Shown in pieces: positions 32,414 through 43,059 of a DNA stretch of 64,000 nucleotides. Both the position numbers and the translations under genes were made by a program. The number at the start of each line of letters is the position of its first letter. Position 1 is the first letter of the stretch. The notes below the pieces were generated by a model. The model saw only the letters and a list, made by a program, of their open reading frames with translations, was not told the DNA's origin and searched no databases. This DNA is from Lachnospiraceae bacterium (lineage in GTDB: Bacteria; Bacillota; Clostridia; Lachnospirales; Lachnospiraceae): assembly GCA_024687305.1 (NCBI GenBank), contig JAILEQ010000118.1, positions 2,759 to 66,758 on the forward strand, given 5' to 3'.

Positions 32414-33354
32414 TGATTATCGTTTTCTTTTTCAAACAATGCATTCATAAATTCGTCGGATGAAAATCTTTGCAGATCTTCCATACCCTCTCCGACACCT
32501 ATAAACTTAACAGGTATATGAAGGTCCGAAGAAACCGCTATCGCAATTCCGCCTTTCGCGGTTCCGTCCATCTTGGTGAGAACTATACCTGTAAGATTCG
32601 TTACTTCATTGAACTCTTTGGCCTGATTTACGGCGTTCTGACCGGTGGTGGCATCAAGTACTACCCAGGTCTCTCTTGCGGCGTCGGGGAACTCTCTGTC
32701 GATAACACGATTCATTTTACGAAGCTCTTCCATAAGATTTTTCTTATTGTGAAGTCTTCCCGCAGTATCGAGTATAAGAACATCCACGCCCCTTGCTTTG
32801 GCGGCATTTACGGCGTCAAATACGACGCTGGCGGGATCCGTCCCTTCTTTTGATGTAATGATGGGAACACCCGCTCTTTGGGCCCATTCTTCAAGCTGTG
32901 CATTGGCCGCCGCTCTGAAAGTGTCGCAAGCGGCAACAAGAGTCTTTTTGTTTTCGTTATGATAAATACCGGCGATCTTTCCCACGGTAGTGGTCTTGCC
33001 CACTCCGTTTACACCGACTACCATGATCACGCATTTTTTGTTTTCGTAATCATACATATCTTCCGTAGACGACAATCTTTTTCTTATGTCCTCATAAAGA
33101 AGATTTTTAAGCTCTCCGGGTATTTTTGCTCTGTTCTCTTTTACGGACTTTTTAAGTGACTCAATGATATCTTCGGTAGTGTTTACTCCGACATCACCCA
33201 TGATCAGAACTTCTTCAAGCTCTTCATAAAGATCATCGTTGATCTTCTCGTGTCCCAAAAATACGGCATCGATGTCTGAAGCAAACCCTTCTCTCGACTT
33301 TTTAAGTCCCATTTTAAGCCGTTCAAAGAAGCCGGGTTTTCTTTCTTCTTCCAT
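32410..33354 (-). CDS. ftsY: SRP receptor FtsY
   Basis: GVNGVGKTT; DTAGRL; TKMDGTAKGG. Start set at ATG 33354 with AAGGA RBS. Confidence 0.97.
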   Translation of the reverse strand: MEEERKPGFFERLKMGLKKSREGFASDIDAVFLGHEKINDDLYEELEEVLIMGDVGVNTTEDIIESLKKSVKENRAKIPGELKNLLYEDIRKRLSSTEDMYDYENKKCVIMVVGVNGVGKTTTVGKIAGIYHNENKKTLVAACDTFRAAANAQLEEWAQRAGVPIITSKEGTDPASVVFDAVNAAKARGVDVLILDTAGRLHNKKNLMEELRKMNRVIDREFPDAARETWVVLDATTGQNAVNQAKEFNEVTNLTGIVLTKMDGTAKGGIAIAVSSDLHIPVKFIGVGEGMEDLQRFSSDEFMNALFEKENDNQ

Positions 33355-33361
33355 AATTTCC

Positions 33362-36300
33362 TTAATCATCCAGATCCTTGTCGATAAGATTTACGCTTAC
33401 AAGAGCGGATACACCCTTCTCCTGCATCGTAATACCGTACAGGCGGTCACACTTTGACATCGTTCCTCTACGGTGAGTGATGACAATGAACTGAGTATGT
33501 TTTGTCAGTTTGTTAAGATACTTGGCAAAGCGATCGACATTGCTTTCGTCCAGCGCAGCCTCGATCTCGTCGAGAAGTGCGAAAGGCGAAGGCTTAAGGT
33601 TCTGGATCGCAAACAAAAGTGCTATCGCGGTAAGAGCTTTCTCACCACCCGAAAGCTGCATCATGTTCTGAAGCTTCTTTCCCGGAGGCTGCGCGATTAT
33701 ACGGATACCTGCCTCGAGAATATCCTCATCCTCGATAAGTTCAAGCGTTCCTTTACCGCCTCCGAAAAGTTCTTTAAACACTTTGTCGAATTCGTTGTTG
33801 ATATCCTTAAAGCTCTCGGTAAACTGCTTACGCATTGCTTCGTCAAGTTCGGCTATAATGCCCTTTAAAGTCTCCGTCGCTTCTATAAGGTCATCATGCT
33901 GAGTCTTAAGGAATGTGTAACGTTCCATAAGATTCCTGTAATCCTCGATAGCGTTAACATTAACGTCACCGAGCTTTTTGATCTCTTCCTTAACCTTTGA
34001 GATCTGTTTCTTCATGGAAGGAAGTTCTTTCATATCTTCGTTACGAAGCGACTTTGCATCCACCAAAGTGATCTCGTACTCTTCCCACATATAATTGATC
34101 TGAGTTTCGATCGACTCGGTATACTTTTCTTTTTGCGTATTGAGTCTGTATATTTCTTTATCCAGAGCCGTAATGCGCGAAGAAAGCTCTTCTCTGTCCG
34201 TAAAGAAATGTTTCTGTTTCAAAGTAAGATTGTCTCTTGTCTTAACGTTTTCGTTAAGTTCTGTCTGGGTCTTTGTCTGAGTCGTATGGCCCAAAGCGAT
34301 CGTCTTTTCAATCTCGGCAATATTGTTTTCTTTAAGCGTGATATTGTCGTTACCTTCTTTGATCTTATCTCTGACTTCATTGGCATCGATCTCAAAACGC
34401 TTGATCTCGTCTTCGATTCGCTGAAGATTCTGGTTTACGAAATCCTGTTTCTGGTAACACTTGTTAACTTCAAGTTCCCATGCGGCAACATCTTTGGCAT
34501 ATCCGGCCTCTTTGTCGTGAGTGGCATCGAGTTCCTCCTGGAATTTGGCAATGTCTTCCGTCACGGTTTTTTCGGTCTTTTCGGACTCCGTAAGTTCATT
34601 TAAGATATCTGATTTGTTGGAATCGATATCTTTAAGCTGAGTTGCGATCTCAACCTCTTCATTTTTAAGATCATGCGATCCTTTGATAGTCTCGTTTTTC
34701 TTTTCCTGAGCCGCGATAACGTTCAGCTTGGCGGTATTCTGCTCGATGTATTTCTTTTGGATCTTAACCTTAAAGTCCTCTATCTCCATACGCATACGGT
34801 TACGTTTGGTCTTCAAAGCTTCGATCTCGTCAACGAGCTCATCCATGAGCTTAAGTGATTCTTTGATCTTTTTGTTGAGTTCGTCTATCTCTCGACGACG
34901 GCCGAGGAAATTCGAATTGTTTTTAAACGAACCGCCCGATATCGAACCGCCGGGCGCAAGCTGCTCGCCTTCGATCGTAACGATCCACATACTGAATTTG
35001 TATTTTCTGGCGATCTTTAAAGCATTGTCCACGGTATCGACTACAAGTATCCTTCCAAGCAGCGTAGCCGCAACATCATCGTACTTTTTGTCTACTTTCA
35101 CAAGATCCTTCGCAAGACCGATCGCACCTTCTTCTTTGAGCGCTTCGGGATTCTTAAATGTCTGAGGATCTTTGATGGTGGTTAACGGTAAAAAGGTTGC
35201 GCGTCCGAAGCTGTTCTTTTTAAGATATTCGACCATCTTCTTTGCGGTCTGTTCATCTTCGGTAACGATATTCTGAGCATTTCCGCCGAGAGCGATCTCT
35301 ATCGCGGTCTCATACTTTTTATCAACGGTAAATATATCGGCAACAACACCGACGATACCTTTTTCTTTGTTCTTAAGTTCCATGACCTTACGAACGCTGT
35401 TTCCGTATCCTTCATAGCGTTCTGTAAGAGCCGAAAGGGCATCGAGTTTTGATTTATCCTGATGATAAAGAACCTGAGCGTCACGCAGATCCTTATCCTT
35501 ACCGGCAAGCTGCTCTCTGATGGCTTCAACGCTTTCTTCCTGCTTAAGCAAAGAATCGTTCATCTCTTCGATCTCTTTATCGATCTTGGAGCAGTCTTCC
35601 TGTAATTTAACGATCTCTTCGTCCTGCTTTTCTTCATTGGACTTTGCCTCAACAAGTTTGGAAGTAAGTTCGGCACGGCGAATGAGTATCTGCTCTTTCA
35701 TCGTATCGTATCTTCCGATCTGCGTCTTGATCGTGGCACGCCTGTTAAGCTCGTTGATTATCGTATTTTTCCCGTTCTCGATCTTTTCATCGAGATCTTT
35801 TATTTTGTCGCGCTCTTCATTAAGCAGCTTTACGGCCTCTGACTTGGATTCGTTAAGAGACTTCATCTGCTCATCGTTTGCTTTCTTTTCTTCGCTTACT
35901 CCCGAAAGGTCTTCCTGTCTTTTGGCGATATCTCTCTCGATCGATTTAAGACGATCGTTATGAGCGCTCTCGCTCACTCTTATCGAGTTGATCTGTTCGC
36001 GTAAAACAAGGATCTCGCCCTCAAGCTTTTCGCGCAAAATACCCGAATCGGAAAGTTTTGTTTTAGCTTCATCGATCTTTTCGTTAAGACCCTGAAGTGT
36101 TTCTTCTATTTCTGCATATTCTTCTTTGATATGCTCGTATTTTGAATTGGTCTCATCAAATTCTTCGGTCGCTGTAGTAAGTTTTTCCTCGACCGATTCA
36201 AGCTGACCTTTTATACGATCGTTTTCAAGCAGGAAAACATTTACGTCCAAAGACTTAAGTTCTTCCTTCTTTTTAAGGTATACTTTGGCAACCTCGGCCT

Positions 36301-36922
36301 GTTTTTCCAACGGTCCGACCTGCTTTTCAAGTTCGGAAAGGATATCCTTTACACGAACAAGATTGCCTTCTTCGGATTCAAGCTTCTTAACCGATGCGTC
36401 TTTTCTTTTCTTAAACTTAACGATACCTGCGGCCTCGTCAAACAGTTCACGACGTTCTTCGGGACGGCCGCTAAGTATCTTGTCGATCTGACCCTGACCG
36501 ATGATCGAATAACCTTCTTTACCGATACCGGTATCATAGAAAAGTTCATTAACGTCCTTTAATCTGCAGACCGTACCGTTTAAAAGATATTCACTCTCTC
36601 CGGAACGATACAGTCTTCTTGTTACGGTAACTTCATCGTAATCAAGCGGCAAAACATGATCGGAGTTATCGAGAGTTATGGCTACGGAAGCGTAACTTAA
36701 AGGTTTTCTCATCTCGGTTCCCGAGAAGATGACATCCTGCATGGAAGCGCCTCGAAGCTGCTTGATACGCTGTTCTCCGAGTACCCATCTGACAGCGTCT
36801 GCAACATTACTCTTGCCCGAACCGTTAGGGCCTACTATACCCGTGATACCGTTTTCAAACTTGAAATCTATTTTATTCGCAAAGGATTTAAATCCGTGTA
36901 CTTCAATACTTTTTAAATACAT
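33362..36922 (-). CDS. smc: Chromosome segregation protein SMC
   Basis: GPNGSGKSN; coiled coils; hinge GRATFLPL; LSGGEK; LDEIEAALD. Confidence 0.98.
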   Translation of the reverse strand: MYLKSIEVHGFKSFANKIDFKFENGITGIVGPNGSGKSNVADAVRWVLGEQRIKQLRGASMQDVIFSGTEMRKPLSYASVAITLDNSDHVLPLDYDEVTVTRRLYRSGESEYLLNGTVCRLKDVNELFYDTGIGKEGYSIIGQGQIDKILSGRPEERRELFDEAAGIVKFKKRKDASVKKLESEEGNLVRVKDILSELEKQVGPLEKQAEVAKVYLKKKEELKSLDVNVFLLENDRIKGQLESVEEKLTTATEEFDETNSKYEHIKEEYAEIEETLQGLNEKIDEAKTKLSDSGILREKLEGEILVLREQINSIRVSESAHNDRLKSIERDIAKRQEDLSGVSEEKKANDEQMKSLNESKSEAVKLLNEERDKIKDLDEKIENGKNTIINELNRRATIKTQIGRYDTMKEQILIRRAELTSKLVEAKSNEEKQDEEIVKLQEDCSKIDKEIEEMNDSLLKQEESVEAIREQLAGKDKDLRDAQVLYHQDKSKLDALSALTERYEGYGNSVRKVMELKNKEKGIVGVVADIFTVDKKYETAIEIALGGNAQNIVTEDEQTAKKMVEYLKKNSFGRATFLPLTTIKDPQTFKNPEALKEEGAIGLAKDLVKVDKKYDDVAATLLGRILVVDTVDNALKIARKYKFSMWIVTIEGEQLAPGGSISGGSFKNNSNFLGRRREIDELNKKIKESLKLMDELVDEIEALKTKRNRMRMEIEDFKVKIQKKYIEQNTAKLNVIAAQEKKNETIKGSHDLKNEEVEIATQLKDIDSNKSDILNELTESEKTEKTVTEDIAKFQEELDATHDKEAGYAKDVAAWELEVNKCYQKQDFVNQNLQRIEDEIKRFEIDANEVRDKIKEGNDNITLKENNIAEIEKTIALGHTTQTKTQTELNENVKTRDNLTLKQKHFFTDREELSSRITALDKEIYRLNTQKEKYTESIETQINYMWEEYEITLVDAKSLRNEDMKELPSMKKQISKVKEEIKKLGDVNVNAIEDYRNLMERYTFLKTQHDDLIEATETLKGIIAELDEAMRKQFTESFKDINNEFDKVFKELFGGGKGTLELIEDEDILEAGIRIIAQPPGKKLQNMMQLSGGEKALTAIALLFAIQNLKPSPFALLDEIEAALDESNVDRFAKYLNKLTKHTQFIVITHRRGTMSKCDRLYGITMQEKGVSALVSVNLIDKDLDD

Positions 36923-37626
36923 TAATTGCCTATCCTATCATTGAGTATCTTTATCGCAGTCGAAGCCGCAGTCTGCTGAGCGATCTTCTTGGATTTGCCT
37001 TCAGCCGTTGCAAGAACTTCATCCGAAAGGTTTACGCTGACGGTAAATGTTTTGTCGTGCTCCGGACCGGATTCACTTATAAGTTCATAAGTAAGGGACT
37101 TATCATTATAGTATTTCTGAACCAATTCCTGAAGATAAGACTTGGAATCGACGAAAAGTTCGTTTTCTTTTAACACATGCAAAACATGGTTGTAAACATA
37201 CTTCTTGGCTTCGTCAAGACCGCCGTCAAGGTAGATGGCACCGAGCACCGATTCGGTAATATCGCAAAGAACCGAATCTCTTTCGCGACCGCCTCCGAGT
37301 GCTTCGCCTTTGCCCATGAATATGGCTTTTCCAAGTTCCATGCGCTTTGCGCAGATCGCAAGGCTCGGTTCACATACAAGTGAAGCACGTTTCTTGGAAA
37401 GTCCACCTTCAGGTACTTTTGGATATTCGTCGTAAAGGTATTCGCTCGTTATAAGCTCGAGTACCGCATCTCCCAAAAATTCCAGGCGTTCATAATCGGC
37501 TCTTTTGTTGATCTTCATCTCGTTCGTATAGGAAGAATGGGTAAGCGCTTCAAGCAGATATTCCTCATTTTTGAAAGTATACCCTGTTTTTTCCTGTACA
37601 AATGCAATAACTTCTTCTTTGTTCAT
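36922..37626 (-). CDS. rnc: Ribonuclease III
   Basis: ERLEFLGDAVL and a C-terminal dsRBD. Start set at ATG 37626. Confidence 0.97.
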   Translation of the reverse strand: MNKEEVIAFVQEKTGYTFKNEEYLLEALTHSSYTNEMKINKRADYERLEFLGDAVLELITSEYLYDEYPKVPEGGLSKKRASLVCEPSLAICAKRMELGKAIFMGKGEALGGGRERDSVLCDITESVLGAIYLDGGLDEAKKYVYNHVLHVLKENELFVDSKSYLQELVQKYYNDKSLTYELISESGPEHDKTFTVSVNLSDEVLATAEGKSKKIAQQTAASTAIKILNDRIGN

Positions 37627-37667
37627 ATATACATTCCTAAGGGCGGGACCAAATCCCGCCCTTAAAT

Positions 37668-37901
37668 TCAACTGTTAATACATTCCCTGATCTTGGAAAC
37701 GGCATCGGCCACTGTAACGATATCAGAAAGTTCTTCTTCTTCAAGCTTTACATTAAAGGCTTCTTCCATTCCCATTACGATCTGTAAAAGATCCAATGAA
37801 TCTGCACCGAGATCGTCGGCAAAAGTCGTCTCGGGTGTGATCTCCCTCGGATCTACGTTAAGCACTTCCGAAACGATCTTTCTTAGCATTTCAAGTTCCA
37901 T
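37668..37901 (-). CDS. acpP: Acyl carrier protein
   Basis: DLGADSLD phosphopantetheine site. Confidence 0.96.
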   Translation of the reverse strand: MELEMLRKIVSEVLNVDPREITPETTFADDLGADSLDLLQIVMGMEEAFNVKLEEEELSDIVTVADAVSKIRECINS

Positions 37902-37915
37902 TACCTTGTTACTCC

Positions 37916-38926
37916 TTAATCGGCAGGATTCAATTGATCTTTTATCTTGCCGTTAATATCCTGCTCCATAAATGTAATGACCTGAAGCACGGAATTTTTG
38001 ACTTCAACAGCCTTTGAACTGCCGTGAGTTTTGATCACAAGCCCGTTAAGTCCCAAAAGCGGAGCTCCGCCGTAATCTTCGAGTGAAAACCCTTTAAGCG
38101 TTTTCTTTAAAGATTTCTTGACAAGAAGTGCTCCCATTTTACTGATAAACGAAGAAAGAAGCCCTTCTTTGATGATACCTATCAAAGCGGAAGCAACACC
38201 TTCGTACATTTTTAAAATAACGTTACCGGTAAATGCTTCGCAGACGATAACATCTGCGTTTCCCTCAGGGATATCTCTGGCTTCGATACTTCCGACAAAA
38301 TTGATGTCGGGACAGGATTTTAAAAGAGGAAACGTTTCTTTTACAAGAGCATTGCCTTTTTCTTCTTCGGCTCCGATATTTACGATCGCAACCTTGGGAT
38401 TTTTAACTCCCATAACATTTTCCATATATATCGAACCCATCTTGGCAAACTGTACAAGATGAGAACTTCTGGCATCTACATTCGCACCGCAGTCGATCAA
38501 AAGCGATACGCCTTTTCTTGTGGGGATGAGCGGAGCGAGCGGGGGTCTTTCAACACCCTTTATTCTTCCCACTATAACCTGACCTCCGGCCAATACGGCA
38601 CCTGAACTGCCGGCAGAAAGAAAAGCATCGCACTCCTTTTCCTTTACAAGTTCAAGCCCTTTGACGATCGAGGAATCTTTCTTTTTACGGATCGCCAGTA
38701 CCGGAGGTTCGTTAGGATCGATCACCTCTTCGGCGTTGACAATCTCAACACGTTCTTTATCATAAGTATATTTTGCCAGTTCGGCAGTGATCGCTGCCTC
38801 CTGACCTGTGAAAACGACTTTTACTTTTTCGTTTTCGTTTACTGCCGCAATAGCACCCTTGACGATCTCCAAGGGGGCATTGTCTCCGCCCATGGCGTCG
38901 ACACACACCGTAACTGATTCAGACAT
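37916..38926 (-). CDS. plsX: Phosphate acyltransferase PlsX
   Basis: VDAMGGDNAP; DCGANVD; GGAPLLG; KTHGSS. Confidence 0.97.
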   Translation of the reverse strand: MSESVTVCVDAMGGDNAPLEIVKGAIAAVNENEKVKVVFTGQEAAITAELAKYTYDKERVEIVNAEEVIDPNEPPVLAIRKKKDSSIVKGLELVKEKECDAFLSAGSSGAVLAGGQVIVGRIKGVERPPLAPLIPTRKGVSLLIDCGANVDARSSHLVQFAKMGSIYMENVMGVKNPKVAIVNIGAEEEKGNALVKETFPLLKSCPDINFVGSIEARDIPEGNADVIVCEAFTGNVILKMYEGVASALIGIIKEGLLSSFISKMGALLVKKSLKKTLKGFSLEDYGGAPLLGLNGLVIKTHGSSKAVEVKNSVLQVITFMEQDINGKIKDQLNPAD

Positions 38927-39098
38927 TTATCTATACTCTCCCAAATATAAACTGACACCCCGGAATACCTCGTGCGGATTGCATAAAATCCACACTTATC
39001 CCAAGTTAAAGTCGTACTTTTATAATATACTTTGAAACAGGAAAAAATACAAGTAAAAAGAATGTCTCTTATTCTTCATTTGTTATTCAAGGAGAACG

Positions 39099-39128
39099 AA
39101 AAAAAGAACTCGTTATGAGTTCTTTTTT
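39099..39128 (-). terminator. Terminator after rpmF
   Basis: AAAAAAGAACTC-gttat-GAGTTCTTTTTT. Confidence 0.8.
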
Positions 39129-39156
39129 GTGATCACAAAATTATTATACTTCCAAA

Positions 39157-39336
39157 TTAATCTACGGAAACGATTTCCTTTTTATTGTAAGAACCGCAAG
39201 CCTTGCAAACGCGATGAGGTACCATTAAAGCACCGCACTTGGAACACTTTACAAGAGTGGGAGCACTCATTTTCCAGTTTGCACGTCTCTTATCTCTTCT
39301 ACCCTTGGAAGATTTATTCTTGGGACAAATAGACAT
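39157..39336 (-). CDS. rpmF: 50S ribosomal protein L32 (Zn-binding form)
   Basis: 59 aa, below the ORF-track cutoff: MSICPKNKSSKGRRDKRRANW...CSKC...HRVCKACGSY. Confidence 0.96.
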   Translation of the reverse strand: MSICPKNKSSKGRRDKRRANWKMSAPTLVKCSKCGALMVPHRVCKACGSYNKKEIVSVD

Positions 39337-39338
39337 CT

Positions 39339-39863
39339 CTACACCTCCTTATTATGCGCGTTAAAAATATCCTGTATCGCTGCCATTCTGGGATCCGGTA
39401 CGAAGGTATCGCAGCCGCAGTCACCTTCATTACGATTTCTGCCACATACGGGACACAGTCCCTTGCAGTCGTCCTTACACAGAACCTTCATTGGCAGACC
39501 CATTGTCAACTCATTGTGGATCAAAAGATCGCTGTCAAGCTCGTAACCGTTTAAAAACGCTTCGGCTTCTTCTTCACTTTCTTCGTATGAAGAGGGCTCA
39601 TCAAGTACAAATTCACTGTCAACAGACACTTTACGTTCGACTTCCAAAAGACATCTGTCACACGGCATCAAAACCGTACTGAAGCCTTTTACCAGGATCT
39701 TAACTTTTCCGTCGTTGTTGTTAGTGATCTCAAATCTGTATATACCGCTCGATGTGACCGGATACTTTATGTATCCGAGATCTATGCTCTCGGAGTTAAA
39801 TTCAACATCCAAAGCATCGGCTTTTTCGGTATTTTTGAAATAGTCAGTAAGATTGATAAGCAA
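39339..39863 (-). CDS. YceD/DUF177 protein
   Basis: CDRCL; LPMKVLCKDDCKGLCPVCG; DPRM. TTG start with GGAG RBS. Confidence 0.92.
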   Translation of the reverse strand: MLINLTDYFKNTEKADALDVEFNSESIDLGYIKYPVTSSGIYRFEITNNNDGKVKILVKGFSTVLMPCDRCLLEVERKVSVDSEFVLDEPSSYEESEEEAEAFLNGYELDSDLLIHNELTMGLPMKVLCKDDCKGLCPVCGRNRNEGDCGCDTFVPDPRMAAIQDIFNAHNKEV

Positions 39864-39890
39864 ACTTCCACTCCTATCCACACTTTATGG

Positions 39891-39919
39891 ATTATACAAA
39901 GGGCAGTTTCTTTTGTCAA
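39891..39919 (-). promoter_or_regulatory. Consensus sigma-A promoter of yceD-rpmF
   Basis: Perfect TTGACA-17 nt-TATAAT. Confidence 0.88.
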
Positions 39920-39948
39920 CAGGTTTTTACGTTAACTTATCTTTGTTT

Positions 39949-40950
39949 TTAGTTTAACTGACACTGCACTGCCGTAAGAGCCACACCGCCTACGATATCC
40001 TCCCATGAACAGCCTCTGGAAAGGTCGTTTACGGGTTTTGCGATACCCTGAAGCATAGGTCCGTATGCCTGTGCTTTTCCCAGTCTTTGTACAAGTTTAT
40101 ATCCTATATTTCCCGCATCAAGGTTGGGGAAGATCAAAACATTTGCATGACCTGCAACTTCCGAACCGGGTGCTTTTGACTTTGCAACCTGAGGAACCAA
40201 TGCCGCATCGGTCTGAAGTTCACCGTCGATCGTAAGACCCGGATATTGCTCGTGAGCGATATTCGTAGCCTCAACGACTTTGTCGACAAGAGCATGCTTC
40301 GCGCTTCCCTTTGTAGAGTGAGAAAGCATAGCGATAATGGGCTTTGCGCCTACCAGCGTTTTAAAACTCTTTGCGCTCGTATCGGCAATGGCCGCAAGTT
40401 CTTCTGCCGTGGGATCCTGGTTAAGACCGCAATCGGCAAAAAGAAACGTTCCGTGCTCTCCCATTTCACAGTCCGGAACATCCAATATGAAGAATGCCGA
40501 AACAAGTTTGACACCGGGAGCCGTTCTTAATATCTGAAGCGAAGGACGAAGAACGTCCGCAGTCGCATGGCAGCATCCGGCAACCATTCCGTCCGCATCG
40601 TTTGCTTTAACCATGATGACACCGAAGGTAAGATAATCGTTTAACAATATCTCACGTGCCTTTTCTTCAGTCATACCTTTAGCTTTACGTGTTTCGTAAA
40701 GAAGATTTACGTATTCGTCAAACTTCTCGTAATTTTTGGGATTGATAACCTTAACCCCGTCAAGTTCAACCTCAAGCCAGTTTGCACCGTCCATGATCTT
40801 TTCTTCGTCGCCGATCATGATGATGTTTGCTATATCTTCCTCGAGTATATGCGCAGCAGCGATAAGCACGCGCTTATCGTTTGTTTCGGGAAGAACTATC
40901 GTTTTTTTGTCCTGTCTTGCCTTCTCTTTGATAAGATCGATATATGCCAT
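39949..40950 (-). CDS. pta: Phosphate acetyltransferase
   Basis: IVLPE; FADCG; DGELQTDAA; GNIGYK; PVNDLSRGC. Confidence 0.96.
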   Translation of the reverse strand: MAYIDLIKEKARQDKKTIVLPETNDKRVLIAAAHILEEDIANIIMIGDEEKIMDGANWLEVELDGVKVINPKNYEKFDEYVNLLYETRKAKGMTEEKAREILLNDYLTFGVIMVKANDADGMVAGCCHATADVLRPSLQILRTAPGVKLVSAFFILDVPDCEMGEHGTFLFADCGLNQDPTAEELAAIADTSAKSFKTLVGAKPIIAMLSHSTKGSAKHALVDKVVEATNIAHEQYPGLTIDGELQTDAALVPQVAKSKAPGSEVAGHANVLIFPNLDAGNIGYKLVQRLGKAQAYGPMLQGIAKPVNDLSRGCSWEDIVGGVALTAVQCQLN

Positions 40951-41096
40951 ACCCTTTTCTCCTAAATTGTCAAAAATTCAATCAAAAACTAATATAAGTA
41001 TATCCCAATGAAACGCCTTACACAATATAAGGAAATGTACTATTTTAAATACAATCGAGGTTGAGAAAATCCCGTAATTGTGTTAATCTTTTGACA

Positions 41097-42296
41097 ATGA
41101 AAACCGCAGCGATAATATGCGAATACAATCCGTTTCACAACGGTCATTTGGCGCAGATAAATTTAATAAAAAAAGACCTGAAAGCCGATGTGATAATATG
41201 TATCATGTCGGGTGATTTTGTCGAGCGCGGAGAACCGGCCGTTTTTGACAAGCATATAAGAGCCTCGCACGCGTTGAACAACGGCGCGGATATTGTTTTA
41301 AAGCTCCCCGTATTTGCTTCTCTGGCAAGCGCGGACCTCTTCGCTTATTCTGCCGTTTCGATCCTCGACCGTTTAAACTGCGTCGATCATCTCTGCTTCG
41401 GAGCAGAGTGTGACGATCCGAACCGGCTTATCGAATTGGCGGACAAACTCAAAAATATCAATATCAATTCCGCGGATATAAAAGACCGCTTAAAACAGGG
41501 AATGACTTTTGCCGCTGCCAGAGCCGCTCTTTTCCCCGAATACGAAGACCTTTTAAAAGGTTCCAACAATATCCTTGCGCTCGAATATTTAAATGCATTG
41601 AACTCACTTGGTTCAAAGATCAAGCCCTATATGATCAAGCGTGAAGGAAATTTATACAACGACACATATTTATCGGACAATACTCTTCCATCCGCTTCGG
41701 CCATAAGAAAAGTGTTGCGTGAAGGAAGTATTTCTTCGCTTAAATCCTTCGTTCCAAACGATGTATTTATGAGCATTTCAAAAGAAACGCCTGTTTCTTT
41801 AGACGATTTTTCGCAATCGCTCTACTATAAACTTCTAAGCGAAAGCGACTATGCGGATTATCTTGAGATCTCTAACGATCTTTCCAACAGTATAAAGAAA
41901 AAACTGTCGACTTACGTATCTTTTTCTTTGTACATTGATGCATTAAAAAGCAAGAACCTGACTTATTCGAGAATTTCGAGAGGACTTATGCATATTCTCC
42001 TTAATATAAAAGGAAACAACGATTCAAGATATGAAATGTTAAAAGAGCTTGAATGTGTAAGGATGCTTGGTTTTAAAAACACTGACAGTGTTAAGGCTTT
42101 CTTTAAGATCGTTGACGAAAGTTCCGATATCAAACTGTCTTCCAATCCTGCTAAAGATAAAAACCTGTTTAACGATACGACCGCTTCTTTGATCGATGAA
42201 GATCTTTTTGCCGCATCTTTATACAACAATATCTGTTGTGCAAAATCGGGCAAACAACCGCAAAATGACTGTTCCCGTAAGCTTATCATCGTATAA
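41097..42296 (+). CDS. tmcAL: tRNA(Met) cytidine acetate ligase (YlbM/TmcAL family)
   Basis: CEYNPFHNGH; MSGDFVERGEPA; SNNILALEY; SASAIR. Confidence 0.88.
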   Translation: MKTAAIICEYNPFHNGHLAQINLIKKDLKADVIICIMSGDFVERGEPAVFDKHIRASHALNNGADIVLKLPVFASLASADLFAYSAVSILDRLNCVDHLCFGAECDDPNRLIELADKLKNININSADIKDRLKQGMTFAAARAALFPEYEDLLKGSNNILALEYLNALNSLGSKIKPYMIKREGNLYNDTYLSDNTLPSASAIRKVLREGSISSLKSFVPNDVFMSISKETPVSLDDFSQSLYYKLLSESDYADYLEISNDLSNSIKKKLSTYVSFSLYIDALKSKNLTYSRISRGLMHILLNIKGNNDSRYEMLKELECVRMLGFKNTDSVKAFFKIVDESSDIKLSSNPAKDKNLFNDTTASLIDEDLFAASLYNNICCAKSGKQPQNDCSRKLIIV

Positions 42297-42370
42297 AGCT
42301 ACATTGAAACTTGAAAACAATGCATTAATATAATAAAATCTCTTTATTATTAATGAAACGGGGAACAATC

Positions 42371-43057
42371 ATGTCTTTGGTGCTGACATTATCCGAACAA
42401 TTTTATAAATGTTTCATTCGTGAGGACCGTTACAAACTCATGATAAGCGGTATCGGAGTTACTTTAAAAGTTTCTTTGGTTGCCGTTATCCTTGGTGTTA
42501 TCATCGGTTTTCTGATCGCAATCTGTAACCTTTCAAAAAGCAAGTTTTTAAGAGCCATCGGGCTTACATATACCGACATCATCCGCGGAACACCGTCTGT
42601 AACCCAGCTTATGCTTATTTATTTTGTTGCTTTTGCGGCGGTCAGATGGGACAAATGGATAATATGTGCGATCGCATTCGGCATCAACTCAGGCGGTTAC
42701 GTTGCCGAGATCATCCGTGCTGGTATTTTGTCGATAGACAAAGGACAGACCGAAGCCGGAAGATCGCTCGGGCTCAATGCAAGCCAGACAATGATCCATA
42801 TCGTGCTTCCTCAGGCGATAAAGAACATCTTTCCAGCTCTTTGCAACGAGTTTATAGTGCTCATAAAAGAGACTGCGATCGTAGGCTATGTGGGATTAAT
42901 GGACATACAGAAAGCGGGTGACTTTATTAAAAGTGCGACTTTCCTTCCTTTCATGCCCCTTATAGCTACCGCCATAATCTACTATGTTATCATCAAAGCG
43001 CTCAATATCGGCCTTCGTTATATTGAAAAGCGTCTTCGCGAATCGGAGGTACGCTGA
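42371..43057 (+). CDS. Polar amino-acid ABC transporter permease
   Basis: IRGTP; EAA loop [23 protein letters not shown]. Alternative start at 42353. Confidence 0.95.
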   Translation: MSLVLTLSEQFYKCFIREDRYKLMISGIGVTLKVSLVAVILGVIIGFLIAICNLSKSKFLRAIGLTYTDIIRGTPSVTQLMLIYFVAFAAVRWDKWIICAIAFGINSGGYVAEIIRAGILSIDKGQTEAGRSLGLNASQTMIHIVLPQAIKNIFPALCNEFIVLIKETAIVGYVGLMDIQKAGDFIKSATFLPFMPLIATAIIYYVIIKALNIGLRYIEKRLRESEVR

Positions 43058-43059
43058 TT

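Noticed and set aside
37638-37665. Hairpin between acpP and rnc as an RNase III autoregulatory site
   Set aside because: The stem is short and equally explained as a weak terminator; no further support.
41009-41022. cre-like site TGAAACGCCTTACA upstream of pta
   Set aside because: The central CG is out of register with the CcpA consensus.
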